A stretch of DNA of 64,000 nucleotides from Halocafeteria seosinensis (lineage: Eukaryota), in the NCBI GenBank assembly GCA_001687465.1, contig LVLI01000305.1:1-64000 (forward strand). Reading direction: 5' to 3'. The notes below the pieces were generated by a model that made no database searches, was not told the origin of the DNA, and saw only the letters and a list, made by a program, of their open reading frames with translations. This document shows positions 26,340 through 38,559 of this stretch, piece by piece. Numbering within the stretch: the first letter of the stretch is position 1; the number at the start of each line of letters is the position of its first letter. The position numbers and the translations under genes are program-made.

Positions 26340-27345
26340 TCATAGTTCCCCGTGACTTTCAATCACCCCTTCAAGAAACCCTTTTACGAGCGAATGCAGG
26401 TCGCTCCAGGTCTTAAAGTGATGCAAGGCTATGCGTTGACAAAACTGCAGTTCAGAGTTGGAACATCCCAGAGTGCGGTGCGTGCGAACGGGGGAGGATG
26501 CTGCACTGCTAACAGCAGCAGGAGACGAAGTAAAATCTACATCATTGGATTCCGCTAACGGAATTTGAAGAATTTGGAAACAGAATTGCGCAGCAACAGG
26601 GTGCACCTTCTTCGTCCACAAATCTTCAGGTAACTCTGTTGGCAGATTATTAAATTCCGTCCCTTCAGCTTCTGCCTCCAGTGCAGCCGTGGCTACGTAA
26701 ACAGTTAGGCAAAACCACCGTATCATTCCCTCTATTCCACGGCAGTTTTCCGGAACATGTTGTACAGCCAGTATGTCGTCCTTGGAAACATCACCCGTCC
26801 CTTCTGATGCCACAGGGGCCTCTTGGCAGGCTTTATAGAAACTTGCCCGTGTTTCGGTAGATTCAGTGTCGCCAGAACGGAACAAAGAATCCATAAAATG
26901 TCTTAGAGTCCACCCTCTTACAGCAAGCTGTCGTCGACAACGATACAACAATACTCCAATTACAGCCATATGTAACAGCCAGTGCTTTGTCTTACCTCCA
27001 GAGGTTGAGTCTTCGACAGCTGGCTAAGAAGCCGCCTTTGGGCTGTACTGAAAACAATCAGATCCTGCAATCCGTTCAAATTACGTACTGGGCTATTTGC
27101 CCGGATTGAAGCTCCAAAATAGACCTTACATGTAAAGTGATTAATCCGTTCTTTTTCCTATCCAACGCAAATAACGTTGCCATGTCGGCAGGGTCTGCAG
27201 GGAGCTCCTGTGTCGGCCGCATGGCTGCCACTTCGAATACAGTTAGGAACCCTTTGGGGCATCGTTGTAATTCCCTGTGTTGACGCTCTACATGCTGCTG
27301 CAATGCTTCGGGGAGCATAAGCTCAGAGGACTGAAGCACGCCCAT
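26340..27345 (-). CDS. Hypothetical protein (possible EF-hand-like loop), multi-exon
   Basis: Collinear ORFs 27076-27435 and 26340-26969 linked by GT-AG introns; LFALDRKKNGLITL resembles an EF-hand loop. Confidence 0.55.
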
Positions 27346-27588
27346 GGCCCTTTTATTGCAACTACAGTAATACCCACTAAAACGAGTAAGTCCCCAGTAA
27401 CTTAGTCTTTTATGAGGGAAATTATCAATCCACAAAAGTTGTCCACAAACTCTGGACGAGCTTGAAATTACCGGGTATTCAATGAAATACCTTGTTCAAC
27501 TTCACAAGATGTGATGAAGTTGCCAGTGTAAGCAGTGGTTGTAGGTTTGATTCATGCTAGGGTGCCATAAGACGGGAATGGGGACACT

Positions 27589-30500
27589 ATGATCCGCAGG
27601 TTGGAAACTCTGGGTTCTTCGAACCATCGGTTGTTGAAGAGCAATGCTGTCCTTCGGGGAGTCGTCGTTGGGCTGCGCTCAGATCCGACGCAGGTCAACA
27701 GATTCCACAACTCTCGGACTTACAGGGCATGTCGTTGGTTGAGTTCTGACCATGGCGGCGATAGTGCAGATGTGAAGGGTTTACCAACCCAAGGAAGAGT
27801 TACACCGATGATGAAACAGTACCTTGCCATCAAGCAAGATCCCCAATACGCGGACCACATTGTACTATTTCAAATGGGAGACTTTCTCGAACTGTTTTTC
27901 GACGATGCCGCAAAGGCATCAAAAATATTGAACATTGCGTTGACAAAGCGGGGTACTCATAAAGATGAAGCTATTCCTATGGCCGGTGTGCCATTGCATG
28001 CACGTGATGCGTACATCCGGCGCCTCGTTCGGGCTGGAGAGAAAGTGGTTTGTGCAGAGCAGACTGAATCTGTTGATGAAGCGAAGCGAAGAGGCCCATC
28101 CTCTATAGTAAAGCGGGAAGTCACGCAAATTGTGACTCCCGGTACCTTAATTGAATCACATCATCTGCAACCTGCCGAGCACAACTATTTGGCTTCGATT
28201 TGGAGGTCTCCAGGAGCAGGTTCTGCAATGGGCAATGATGAACCTGTTGCCATATGCTGGCTCGAACTTTCCACAGGAGAATTCTATTCTAAGCATAGCT
28301 CTCCATCTACCCTCAGTGATGACTTGGGGATCTTCACTCCGGCAGAGCTACTTGTTCCACACGACTTGATGGAGAAGCATGATGAGCGCGACCCACTAGC
28401 GGAACAGCTCTCTCAGGTACTGCGCGAAAGAGCATTAGGCCTAGAAGACGTTGCACTGACCCTTGTGGATTATAAGCGCGACATGTCACCTTCCGAACTC
28501 CTGTCTAACTCGGCAGCGCGGGAAATCGGGAACATTGACCTTGGATACCTCGACGCATCTGATATGGGACACGCAGAAGCTGGGGCAATCTTCTTGGCGC
28601 TCCGCTATGCGTCGTGGACACAGCGAGGCGCCCTTCCGAAGCTCAAGCCTTTGAAGCGAATAACAGAGTATGACAAGGGTAAGGAAGCGCCAAAATGGTC
28701 TAACGCGTTCAACAGGGGTACAAGTAGATGGCGCACATTGCAAATGGATGCTACCACTCGCAAAGCATTGGAACTCTACTATCCCTCCCACGGAAAAGGA
28801 CGAGGAAAAGGAAGTTTGATTAATTGCATTGATAAGTGCTCGCATGCAGCAGGCTCCCGGGCTTTGACGACAAGGCTGACTGTGCCGTGCGCTGATGCTG
28901 ACGTTGTTCGTGGAAGGCACGCTGCTGTAGGCTGGTTGGCTGAGCGACACAACCTCAGAAAGCGGATCCGGTCAACTCTGTCACGTGAGGCTAACGGAGA
29001 CATCCAAAGAGCTCTTCAGCGAGTTTGTATTACTTCAAGGAAGTCTACTGCGGAGGATCTACTAGTCATCAGAGATGTCATGACGGCGTTACAGCGCATT
29101 GGATATATGATGCTGAAAGAAGATCACGTAGCCTCGGTTTCGCCCCCTGAACTAGAGGAGGCTGCAACATCGTTATGGACAGAATGGCAATACAATGATA
29201 GGATTCTTATCAAGCAATCTTCTTACGAGTTTGACGATATTTGTCAACTCGAATCATTCCTCACCGCTGACAATTACGAGAAGACTATTTCCCAGACTGC
29301 GCTTAATACACCTGGTATCCGTCATCTGGTGTTGGCCCTGCTGATTCCCTTACAAGAAGCGCAACCTTTGATTACCGACGTTGCTAGGGTGCACTCGCAT
29401 CTTTCTGATGCACTTGCACTGTCGGAAGGTGAGGGCGGTCGGAATGAAGCAAATGTTGTACCAGAAAGCACTGGGAAGCGAGCAGATAGCTTTAGACGAA
29501 ATCGAAGCAGTTTTATTAGACCTGGCTATGACAAAGAGCTAGATGAGTTAATAGCATTGCGAGACGACTCGAAAGCCGTCATCGGTCAGCTTCAAGAAAA
29601 GTATCGGCAGGAAGTAGGAATTCCAACACTCCGCGTTAAGCATACGGCTGAGCAAGGTTACACTGTGGAGGTTTCCAGTCGGTATGTTGATACCGTCTCC
29701 AATTGGAATGAAAGTAATTGCCGAAACCAGTCTCAACGACTTGTTTGGACAAAAACGCTCAAAAATGCAGTTCGATACAAGAACCAAGAACTCTCCGAGC
29801 TCGACAGGAGGATTGCTGATGCCTCCGCTCGGTCTACTGCGATCGAAGATAGGATTATACAAGAGGTTGCTTCCACAGTGCAAGAAAGTGCAGATCAACT
29901 TCACGCAATTGCTAGTGCTGCAGCTGTACTTGACGTGCATGCCACATTTGCTGAAATTGCGAATACCATGCACTTAAGTCCCCCGGTTGTTTACGATGAA
30001 ATGGATACTGACACTAAATCGACGGGTTGCCTTTACCTCGATTCATCTCGCCATCTGGTGGTGGAACGTAGCCTCCGCGAAGGTTGGCAATACAAGGATC
30101 ATGAAACGGAAGCGGAAACGAACCCGTTAGGTCGATCGTTTGTTGCAAATGATGTCTTAATGCCTGACCACTTTTCTTCGGAACTGGATAATACCCTGCG
30201 CCACTTTTCTCTAGACTACAAACCCGATGTTCATGGACACTTGTCTAGAACGTGGTTAATAACGGGACCAAATATGGGAGGAAAAAGTACTTTCCTGCGC
30301 CAGGTTGCTCATTGCGTGATTCTTGCCCAATGTGGCTCGTTTGTCCCAGCAGCCGCCGCCGCGTTAGGGATTGTTGACCGGGTTTTCGCACGTGTCGGAT
30401 CTAATGACGATCTTGCTCGCGACAGGAGTACGTTCATGGTGGAAATGCAAGAGACTTCGGCGTTATGCAGGTATGCAACATCGCGCTCCTTGGTCCTCGT

Positions 30501-30998
30501 AGATGAAGTGGGTCGAGGAACTGCTACAGCTGGTAAGCTTTCAAGAAGTTGGTTTTTTATCCTTTGTATATACTTAAACGCATGCTCATATTATTGGTCG
30601 CAGACGGAATTGCGATAGCATGGGCCGTCCTTGAATATCTTGTGAGTGCTACTCAGTGCCGAACACTATATGCGACCCACTTCCATGAACTGGCTTCGCT
30701 GGTCGACGGTGTTTATGGGAATACGAAACACCGCAACGACTTTGTCGAATACCGAGACATCGAATGCCATCAGGTTACTGCAGAGGAGACGTCTCATGGC
30801 CCTGTGCTTACGTATAAGATTCGTCCCGGGCGCGCACAGTATTCGCACGGCCTTTATGTCGCCAAGAGAGCCGGTCTTCCTGAGCCTGTACTAGTCCGAG
30901 CACGCGAAATGCTAGATGCTATCGACGATCATAAGGGGCGACAAGGCAGCTTTATCGACGAATACTGCAGAATAGCCTCACAACACCGACCTACATAA
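27589..30998 (+). CDS. MutS1/MSH1-type mismatch-repair ATPase with N-terminal organellar (mitochondrial-like) presequence; one intron near 30533-30603
   Basis: TPMMKQY...FQMGDFLELFFDDA...IPMAGVP...IVTPGTL; ITGPNMGGKSTFLRQ; STFMVEM; LVDEVGRGT|DGIAIAWA; ATHFHEL; SHGLYVAKRAGLP. Confidence 0.92.
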
Positions 30999-31022
30999 AC
31001 TGTTCAACGTGAGGTTCCAAAT

Positions 31023-32122
31023 TCAGTCTCCTTCAGCTGCCTCGGTGTCGACCCTGCTATGCTTACAGGCAGCAACACCGTTACTGTTTTCCTCGGCATT
31101 GCCACTTTCTATCGTTCGTTTGGGATTGCGTGAGGGTGAGGGTGAGGGTGTATCCTCACTGTTTAAACGCAGGTTCTTCCGTATCTTTTCCTCACTGATG
31201 GCATTGGATCCAATAGTTCTTTGTGATGGAGGCACCGGGGAGACTTCAGCCGAGACACTTGTCAACTGGAAGTATTGTCAGCACGTCCATGTGTGTTTGT
31301 TCACTTTATGACAGCGGGAACCGCTTACCTTGTCAAGGCAGGATAAGAGCTTCCTGTAGGACCTATATTGCCGTCGAGGCTCTATCAAAACCTCACATAA
31401 ACGTTGGATTGTGAAGGGAGCTCTGCTTAAGATGCACCATGATGCAGCTGACTACATTACCCGCAATACACTAAATAGGAAGGAACATACCCTCGCCGCT
31501 CTCGCAATGCTTGCATAATCCTTCGCTCAATATACTCAACACCTTCTATGTATGACGCCCGATTCTGCTCCTCTTGAGCATACTGCTCCGGGGCTGCTTG
31601 TTCGCGAAAAGATTCGATCACCTGCATCAACTCCCGGGCAGATCCTCGGCAAGTTCTTGTAGCCACCACTGCCCTCATACACGTACTTGGTGTGTTCGGC
31701 TCAGCACCAGTTTGCGTAGCTGTATCCATGGTAGAAAAAACATTCCCGAAACAGATATTTTTGCTAGAGTCTGTTATATCCACCCAAATTGTCGGTTAAT
31801 TTTGTCATATAACCCCTCAAAACCAAGCGAACGTTCAAACTCACCATCAACCCTTCAAACGAGATGTATCCGTCCGTATCAAAGAAGCCTGCAACTACGA
31901 AACCACCAAGTTCTACCGGGGGTAACAGACGGCAAACCACTACGAATAGCCGAACTTACGTGAAGCTTCGTTGCTAAGATGGTCTCTGTCTTTATCTCTC
32001 GGTTTACCGTTTTCAGCAGTTGAATGAACGTGATTTGAAGTGGCTGACGAAACACCCGTGGCAGAGTGTGTCGTCGTCGCAGTGGCGTCTGGTAGATGCT
32101 CTTCCGTGCTCATCGCAGGCAT
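31023..32122 (-). CDS. Hypothetical protein, multi-exon
   Basis: Same-strand ORFs 31940-32179, 31457-31783 and 31023-31265. The 3' exons join in frame through canonical introns. No family recognised. Confidence 0.5.
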
Positions 32123-33476
32123 AAGACCCAATGTCCAAGTCTTTTCCGGTAGCCACTTCACGTCACCTTTAGTACGCAACCAGCCTCGAAAGCCATGGAG
32201 ACTCCCGAGCAGGAAGCACCACCTCCTAGGTGAGATATCTCACTCCAACAAACCAAGTTGACAGGTGATTCCCTAGGGAATAATGACTAATAGAGCCCGA
32301 AAGTGTCTTCAAATGCTCCAACAAGCCGTGCATAAAGTGCAATGCATTTGCTTGGCTTGCGTTTAAGTTGAATTAAAAAGGAAGCTGCAGCTTGAAGGGG
32401 AGGTTTCAAGCTTGTTTTGTTTCGTTCTCAATTTATTCCGGTGCAACTATATATATATATACAAAGACGTGCGTCTACGGAGGAAGTCAACAAGACTGTG
32501 TCCACGTTTGCGCCTAACGTACGTTCGCGCCGGGGAACGCGAGCTATTCTGAGTGTGTGAGTGACACCTATACACCTTCACAAGCTTCCGCAGGCTGCAC
32601 TGCACTCTCACGGTGAAGGTTGCCAAAGCCATTAAGGCAGCAGCACTCTCCTGTATCCCAGAATCGTTCCCACCGCAATATGCCTGGTCCACAACTAAAA
32701 CTCTGGCAAAAGCATCGTCTGATATGCCTGTGGATGAGAAGTGGAACCAGCATATGCTAGTGTACCTATGTTGGTGACGTCGCCATTCGGGACCTTCTGT
32801 AAGTACAAGAGTTTTCCCTTATATGTGTATTTCACTTAACTTATCGCTTGTATCCCTACTAATCAAGCTTATGCATCACTTCCGTTATCTTTAAAGCACT
32901 GACCATTATACTAGGGTGGTGTTAGGAAGCCAGAGGCGGTTGTACCATACAGCACATTGAACCACTGAGCCATTGCCAGTGCACCACTAACGGCACACTC
33001 AAGTTCGATAGTTTTATGTGGGGCGATATATAGCAACCTCTGCATTTATTGAAATTTTTGTAGTGGCGACAACTTTTCTCCCGCGCTTGTTTTCTCTCCT
33101 CTGTCTTACCTGTAATTTAGCATAGGTGGCCTTGTGTGGAGGTAAAACACGGCCTGCTATAGATAAAAGCCAAAAATACACTTTGCACAACGTGCTTGTA
33201 AAACCACATTAGATTGTTCAGTGAAGAAGATGCAATTTGTGTACATGGCGGCACACAAATCTTAGTTTACACGAAGTTCCCTCAAGGACTTGCTGTCGCC
33301 AAACTTGCCGCCAAGGGAAGTTCACATCCTTCACATTCATTGCAGGCTGAACTTACACAGTATCCCTGGGATACTATCCCATTCCCAAATGTCGCTACTC
33401 ATTCAGACTTGGCTCTTTATTGTAAGCGTAGTGTCGTCTATGGTGTATACTGCTATTATTGTTAAATAAAGGCACA

Positions 33477-35269
33477 ATGTCAAGCATGTTGTCGTCATTC
33501 TCGTTCAAACAAACGCTCCTCTACCAGGGACTAATGGAGCTTCGCCAGCTCCGTATGAAGTTTATGGAGAACTATGGCTACCAGCAGCCAGGTGTCAGGA
33601 CACCAGACATCCCCGTGTTTGAAATTGTCCTCCTCATTCTCACTATACTCTTCTTATGGGAGTTTGCTTTGCGCTTATTGCAACATGGACAATTCGCGAA
33701 ACAAGAGCCCCCTGCTCAGCTTCTAAGCGCTGTGAAGAAAGCTGATGAGAATGCTGCCGCACATGAACATGAAAAGGAAGAAGACGACGAACAGAGTGAA
33801 GATCAAGAGGACGACCAGGATGGGCGGGCCAGGAAACGCAGTCGTAGTCAGTCGTCTCCTCGAAAAACCAAGCAGGAAGAGGAGCGAAACACTAGCTTAG
33901 AGCAGCAGGTGAACGAGAAATTTGAAAGTTCCCAGGCTTACGGGCATGACAAAAGCAGTTTTGGCATCTTCCATGATCTTTTTGAACAGGTGCATGGCTA
34001 CGCGTTCTTGCTTGTTGGAGGCTGGCCCTTCTTTTGGGATTTGGCTCGGTGGATTCTGACTCGATCCTCCTACACAGTTCCTTATGCCAGCAGCGAAATT
34101 GGTGTATCACTGATGTTCATTGTTATGTATGGCCTCTATCAGCAACTTATGGGTATACCATTCTCCCTGTACACGACGTTCGTATTAGAACAAGCGGTAT
34201 GTTTAGCGTGCCCTTGTCAAAATTCCTCAGTTATCTTGATCTACTTTTGTTTGGATTCGCCTACAGCATGGGTTTAACAGGCAGACAATTTCCCTATTCA
34301 TCAAGGATACTCTGAAACAAATGTTCATTTCCGCAGTGATTGCGCTGCCCTTGACGGCTGTAATTATTCGTGTGATCCAGTGGGCAAATGAAGACTTTTA
34401 TATTTATGTGTTCCTTATCGTAGCGGCCTTTCAAATCGTTATGACTATCATTGTTCCTGATGTGATTATGCCCTGGTTCAATAAGTTCACTCCTGTGCCA
34501 GAAGGCTCTCTAAAACGGAAGATAGAAGCCCTCGCGAAACGCGTCGAGTTCCCTTTGAAGGATGTAAGTAGTGATCATCTATTATGCAATCATCGTTATC
34601 AGTCGCCTACATAATGGATGATGGTGTGAGTCCTACCAGTTGTACATAATGGATGGATCTACGCGATCGGCGCACAGCAATGCCTTCTTCACAGGTACGC
34701 CTACCCGAAGACTTACTCCCAAACTGTGATATCGATATTTTGCTGCTTTTCCAGGGATCTTTACCAAACGGATAGTTCTGTTCGATACCCTCGTAGACCA
34801 AGCTGATGAAGACGAGGTAGTCGCTGTACTCGGGCACGAAATGGGGCATTGGAAATACGGTCACGTATTACAACGGATTCTTGTATCGCTATTGCTCACA
34901 TTTTTGCAGCTCTATGCCTTTGCAAAAGTTATCTACTGGTCTCCAATTTATCATGACTTTGGATTCTCCGAGAAGCCAACATTGATTGGCTTGCTCCTGT
35001 TCGGCTCATATGTCTTCGGGGTTCTAAACCCGCTCCTAACATTTGCGATGTCAGCTTGGTCCAGGAAGTGCGAATTTCAAGCTGACGATTTTGCAGCTAA
35101 TCTAGGACTCTCAGAACAGCTTCAGACTTGCTTGGTGAAGCTTCAGCTGAAAAATCTGTCATCAATGTGGGTTCATCCCCTGTACTCGGCTTATCACTAT
35201 GACCATCCTCCGCTCCCAGAACGGTTAGGGCATTTGCAAGAACGTGATACTTCCAAGAAGACAAAATAG
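33477..35269 (+). CDS. STE24: CAAX prenyl protease 1 (M48 zinc metalloprotease)
   Basis: PFSLYTTFVLEQ|HGFN; IMPWFNKFTP; DGSTRSAHSNAFF; RIVLFDTL; VLGHEMGHWK; EFQADDFA; YHYDHPPLPERL. Confidence 0.93.
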
Positions 35270-35364
35270 TAGCCAACAAGCGTTTTGGCAAATATTATTC
35301 AGCTATGCTGTTTTATCACTTCGATAGCGAAAAGTTGGAATTGCAGCATATATAATCCTCCTCT

Positions 35365-35447
35365 GCGCGCGCGGGAGGTGATTTGAAATTTTGAACTCCG
35401 GGCTTGGCGCCCGGATCGTCTCATTTCAAAAATTCACAGAATTCAAA
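35365..35447. promoter_or_regulatory. Putative E2F/CDE-like plus CHR-like promoter module upstream of WEE1
   Basis: GCGCGCGCGGGAG, TTTGAA at 35382 and 35390, TTGGCGCC at 35404, TTCAAA at 35425 and 35442. Confidence 0.5.
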
Positions 35448-35549
35448 TGAACACTCTCAACGTCAAAAAGTTTTTTTTCGAGGTTTGATCTGCCGTGCGT
35501 CTGTGTTTCTACCTCTACCTATGTGTACGCTTTACTCTAGTCACTCGGC

Positions 35550-38500
35550 ATGAGAATAATGAAGCCCAACAGTGGTAGCAAAAGCGCCGTTGGACGACGC
35601 TGTAGGACCCAACTTCAGCCGTCTGAGGCGAAAAAGAGCTCCAACCATATGCCTCTCATCGAGGACAATGACCACCAAGATAATAGCGATGAAGATGACT
35701 TTCTAGGATACTATGATGAATACATCCACGACAAAGGGTTCAGCCAGGATGGCGATAAACACCGTGGAAAACACGCCCCTTTGAAAATCCCTCTGGGGAC
35801 GCCGTACGTTGAATTGTGACCAATACGCGGTGTCGAGCCTGGTACCTGTATATGTGGTGTTTCTTATCATATGCAGACCCGTAGGAAAGCGGCCTCATAA
35901 TTTACGAACAGGAAACGATCCAGACGGCTCGTTTGAAAGGGAGGAGAATACCCCCATGGAGACGAGAAGCTGTAAAACTCCTGGCCAAGCCAGGAAAAGG
36001 ACACGAGTGGATCCCCCTGACAGTACGGGGATGAACCGGCAAATGACTTGTCTCGGTAAGCTAGAGACTTGTGGAGAAATAATGCGTACTCTGGTTACCT
36101 AACACTAAGGGCATTGCATTCTTATCGCCAGCCTTGAACTCTGCGGACAAAGAAGTTGCCCGAAGAGGGAAGTCACATCGTCAAGGGAAAGGCCAAGACG
36201 GACGAGCAATCGTTGCTCCAAATTTAAATCCGTTTCTTGATGAGCCAAAGAAGAAGGTCAAAAAATCTACTCGGGGACCAGGTAAGGTTGAGTATTTCAG
36301 AGACTCTGACGGTTCTGGCATAGTGGTGGTGTATTGCACATTACAGAGTCGGTGGAATCGCGATACTTACGAACGTTTGAAGAGAAGGCTACCCTCGGTT
36401 CTGGGTCCTTTTGCTCAGTTTATATGTGCCGTCATCGTCTTGATGGATGTATGTACGCTGTAAAGAGAAGCCTACACCCTCTTGCACAAAACAGTGCCAA
36501 GAGGAAGGCCATGAAGGAAGTGTTCGCGCTCGCTGCTATGGCAGATTGTGAATACATCGCTAGATATTTCAATGTGTGGGGTGAGGATGAGCAACTCTAC
36601 ATACAACTTGAACTTGGTTATGGCTCTCTCGAGGCTGCTTTGATGGGAAAGAGACCTACTAGGAAACTGAACTATGCTGAAGTTGCCGAAACGTGGAGGA
36701 GGCGAAACCTTGAAGTTCCGCTTTGGGTCCGTATCATGGCTAAGAGATGCGGTGTTGCTATCAACGACAATGAGAGTGAAGTTGATCGAATTTTACAGAA
36801 CTCCAAATTTACACCTGGCAGCGCTGAGAGTGTTGTATCCGAAGAGTTCTCGACTGGAAGGGATAGCGGTCAAAATATGCCTCCAGAAATCTATCGCCCA
36901 AAAGCCAAGACTCGCTCAAGATATGAACGTCGTGAAAGCTATGATAATGTCCCTTCAAGATCTAGAACGGGGTCATTGGCATCACAAGAAAGTACGAACG
37001 TTGACCAGATGTCGTTGGATAGTGACAGCCAGATGGCCGAAGGAGAAGTGAAACAAGCCCTTCGCTTTTCTTCTCCAACACCCACAGCAACTGACAATTG
37101 CCGAGACGAAATTGCATCGAACTTCGAATCCCAGATATCGGCACACCACAATAAAGAGGGTGGAAAGAACTTGAAACAGACCTTTTTGTCTTTTGCCCGG
37201 AAACCCTCAGCGAAGAAAGCAGAATCATCTACGAAGAAAACCGACAGCAGTAAACCGGCAGAGGCTCAACCATGTCCTGACATATCAATTTCCCAGCAGA
37301 ACGGTGAACATGCTCATCGGTTGTCTCAGTCGGAGATGTTCCAGTTTCCGGCATCTCAGGACTTCGAGTCAGACCGAAATATCTCTCCTGCTATGGAGCG
37401 CCTAGACGATGAGCGAGCGAACGACGGGTTTTATTCAGAAGATGCAAGTGTGACGCATCAGAAAGGGGAAGAAAGCAATCACTCAGAGGGATACGGCATG
37501 AGTCAGGCGTCCATGTGTAGCTTAGAAGCACTTTCCCAGCACTATGAAGGAGAGGAGGATCCGTTTTGGAATTTTGATGCTTCCTACCGGCCCCGCCTAC
37601 CATGTAGCGAGTGGGATTTGCGGCGGGTGACTCATGATATAGCAGCTGCACTTGCCTTTATGCATGCCCGAGGTTTGGTCCATCTCGATGTAAAACCGGC
37701 GAATATTCTAGTAAATTACGGTTCAGGGCCGGGTATGTGCGACCAGAATGGTGATTGGCTACCGAGTGTCAATTTGATGACAGGCTTCGTCAGTTTAGAT
37801 AACGAACTGGCGCAAGAAAATGAGGATATTGATATTCCGAAGATGCCAGTGCGATATAAACTCGCTGATTTGGGACAAGCCACGCGGTTGGATGACCCAA
37901 ATTTCGAGGAGGGAGACTCTAGGTACACCAGTAAGGAACTAATGCAAGGAAACGCGGAGGATATAGCATCATGTGATATGTTTGCTTTGGGACTGATGAT
38001 ATACGAGTTGGCGACGGGGGCACCACTCCCCATGGGAGGAGAAGAATATCATCGGCTGAGAGAAGGACATCTCCGCGTCCTTCCACAGTGTACAGAACAA
38101 ATGAAGACTTTGATTGCGGAGCTCATGTCACCCGAACCACACAAAAGACCACGGGCAACCGAGGTACTCACTCATCCACTAATATCGTCGGCATCGCCGT
38201 TCCAAGCATATGCACGTCACTGCCGCAACAACCGTACAGGGTCTGAAGGCGATGGATTAAGCATGCATATAGCCAGAGACCCAACCCTTGGAAGCTCCTA
38301 TAACGCTTCCTCGAACGATCCCACATGGGAAAGCCCAGATCCACTTCGCTACTCAACTATGTCTGGAGAAAAAATGCAAGGTAGTCCCTTCTATAATTCT
38401 CCCGAAATGACTATACATCAGCTACCCACAGAGACCCCCTCGCACAAAGCTGAAAAGGTCGCAGAATTGCAGCAGCAGCTGGAGCAATCCGAAAGGGTTA

Positions 38501-38553
38501 AGCAGAAACTCCTTAAGCAATTGAGGCAGGCAGGAATGGAACCACATATCTGA
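35550..38553 (+). CDS. WEE1: Wee1-like protein kinase with long insert, multi-exon
   Basis: SRYLRTFEEKATLGSGSFCSVY...RLDGCMYAVKRS...EVFALAA...LYIQLE; LVHLDVKPANI; YKLADLG; EEGDSRY; DMFALG. Confidence 0.85.
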
Positions 38554-38559
38554 ATGCTT

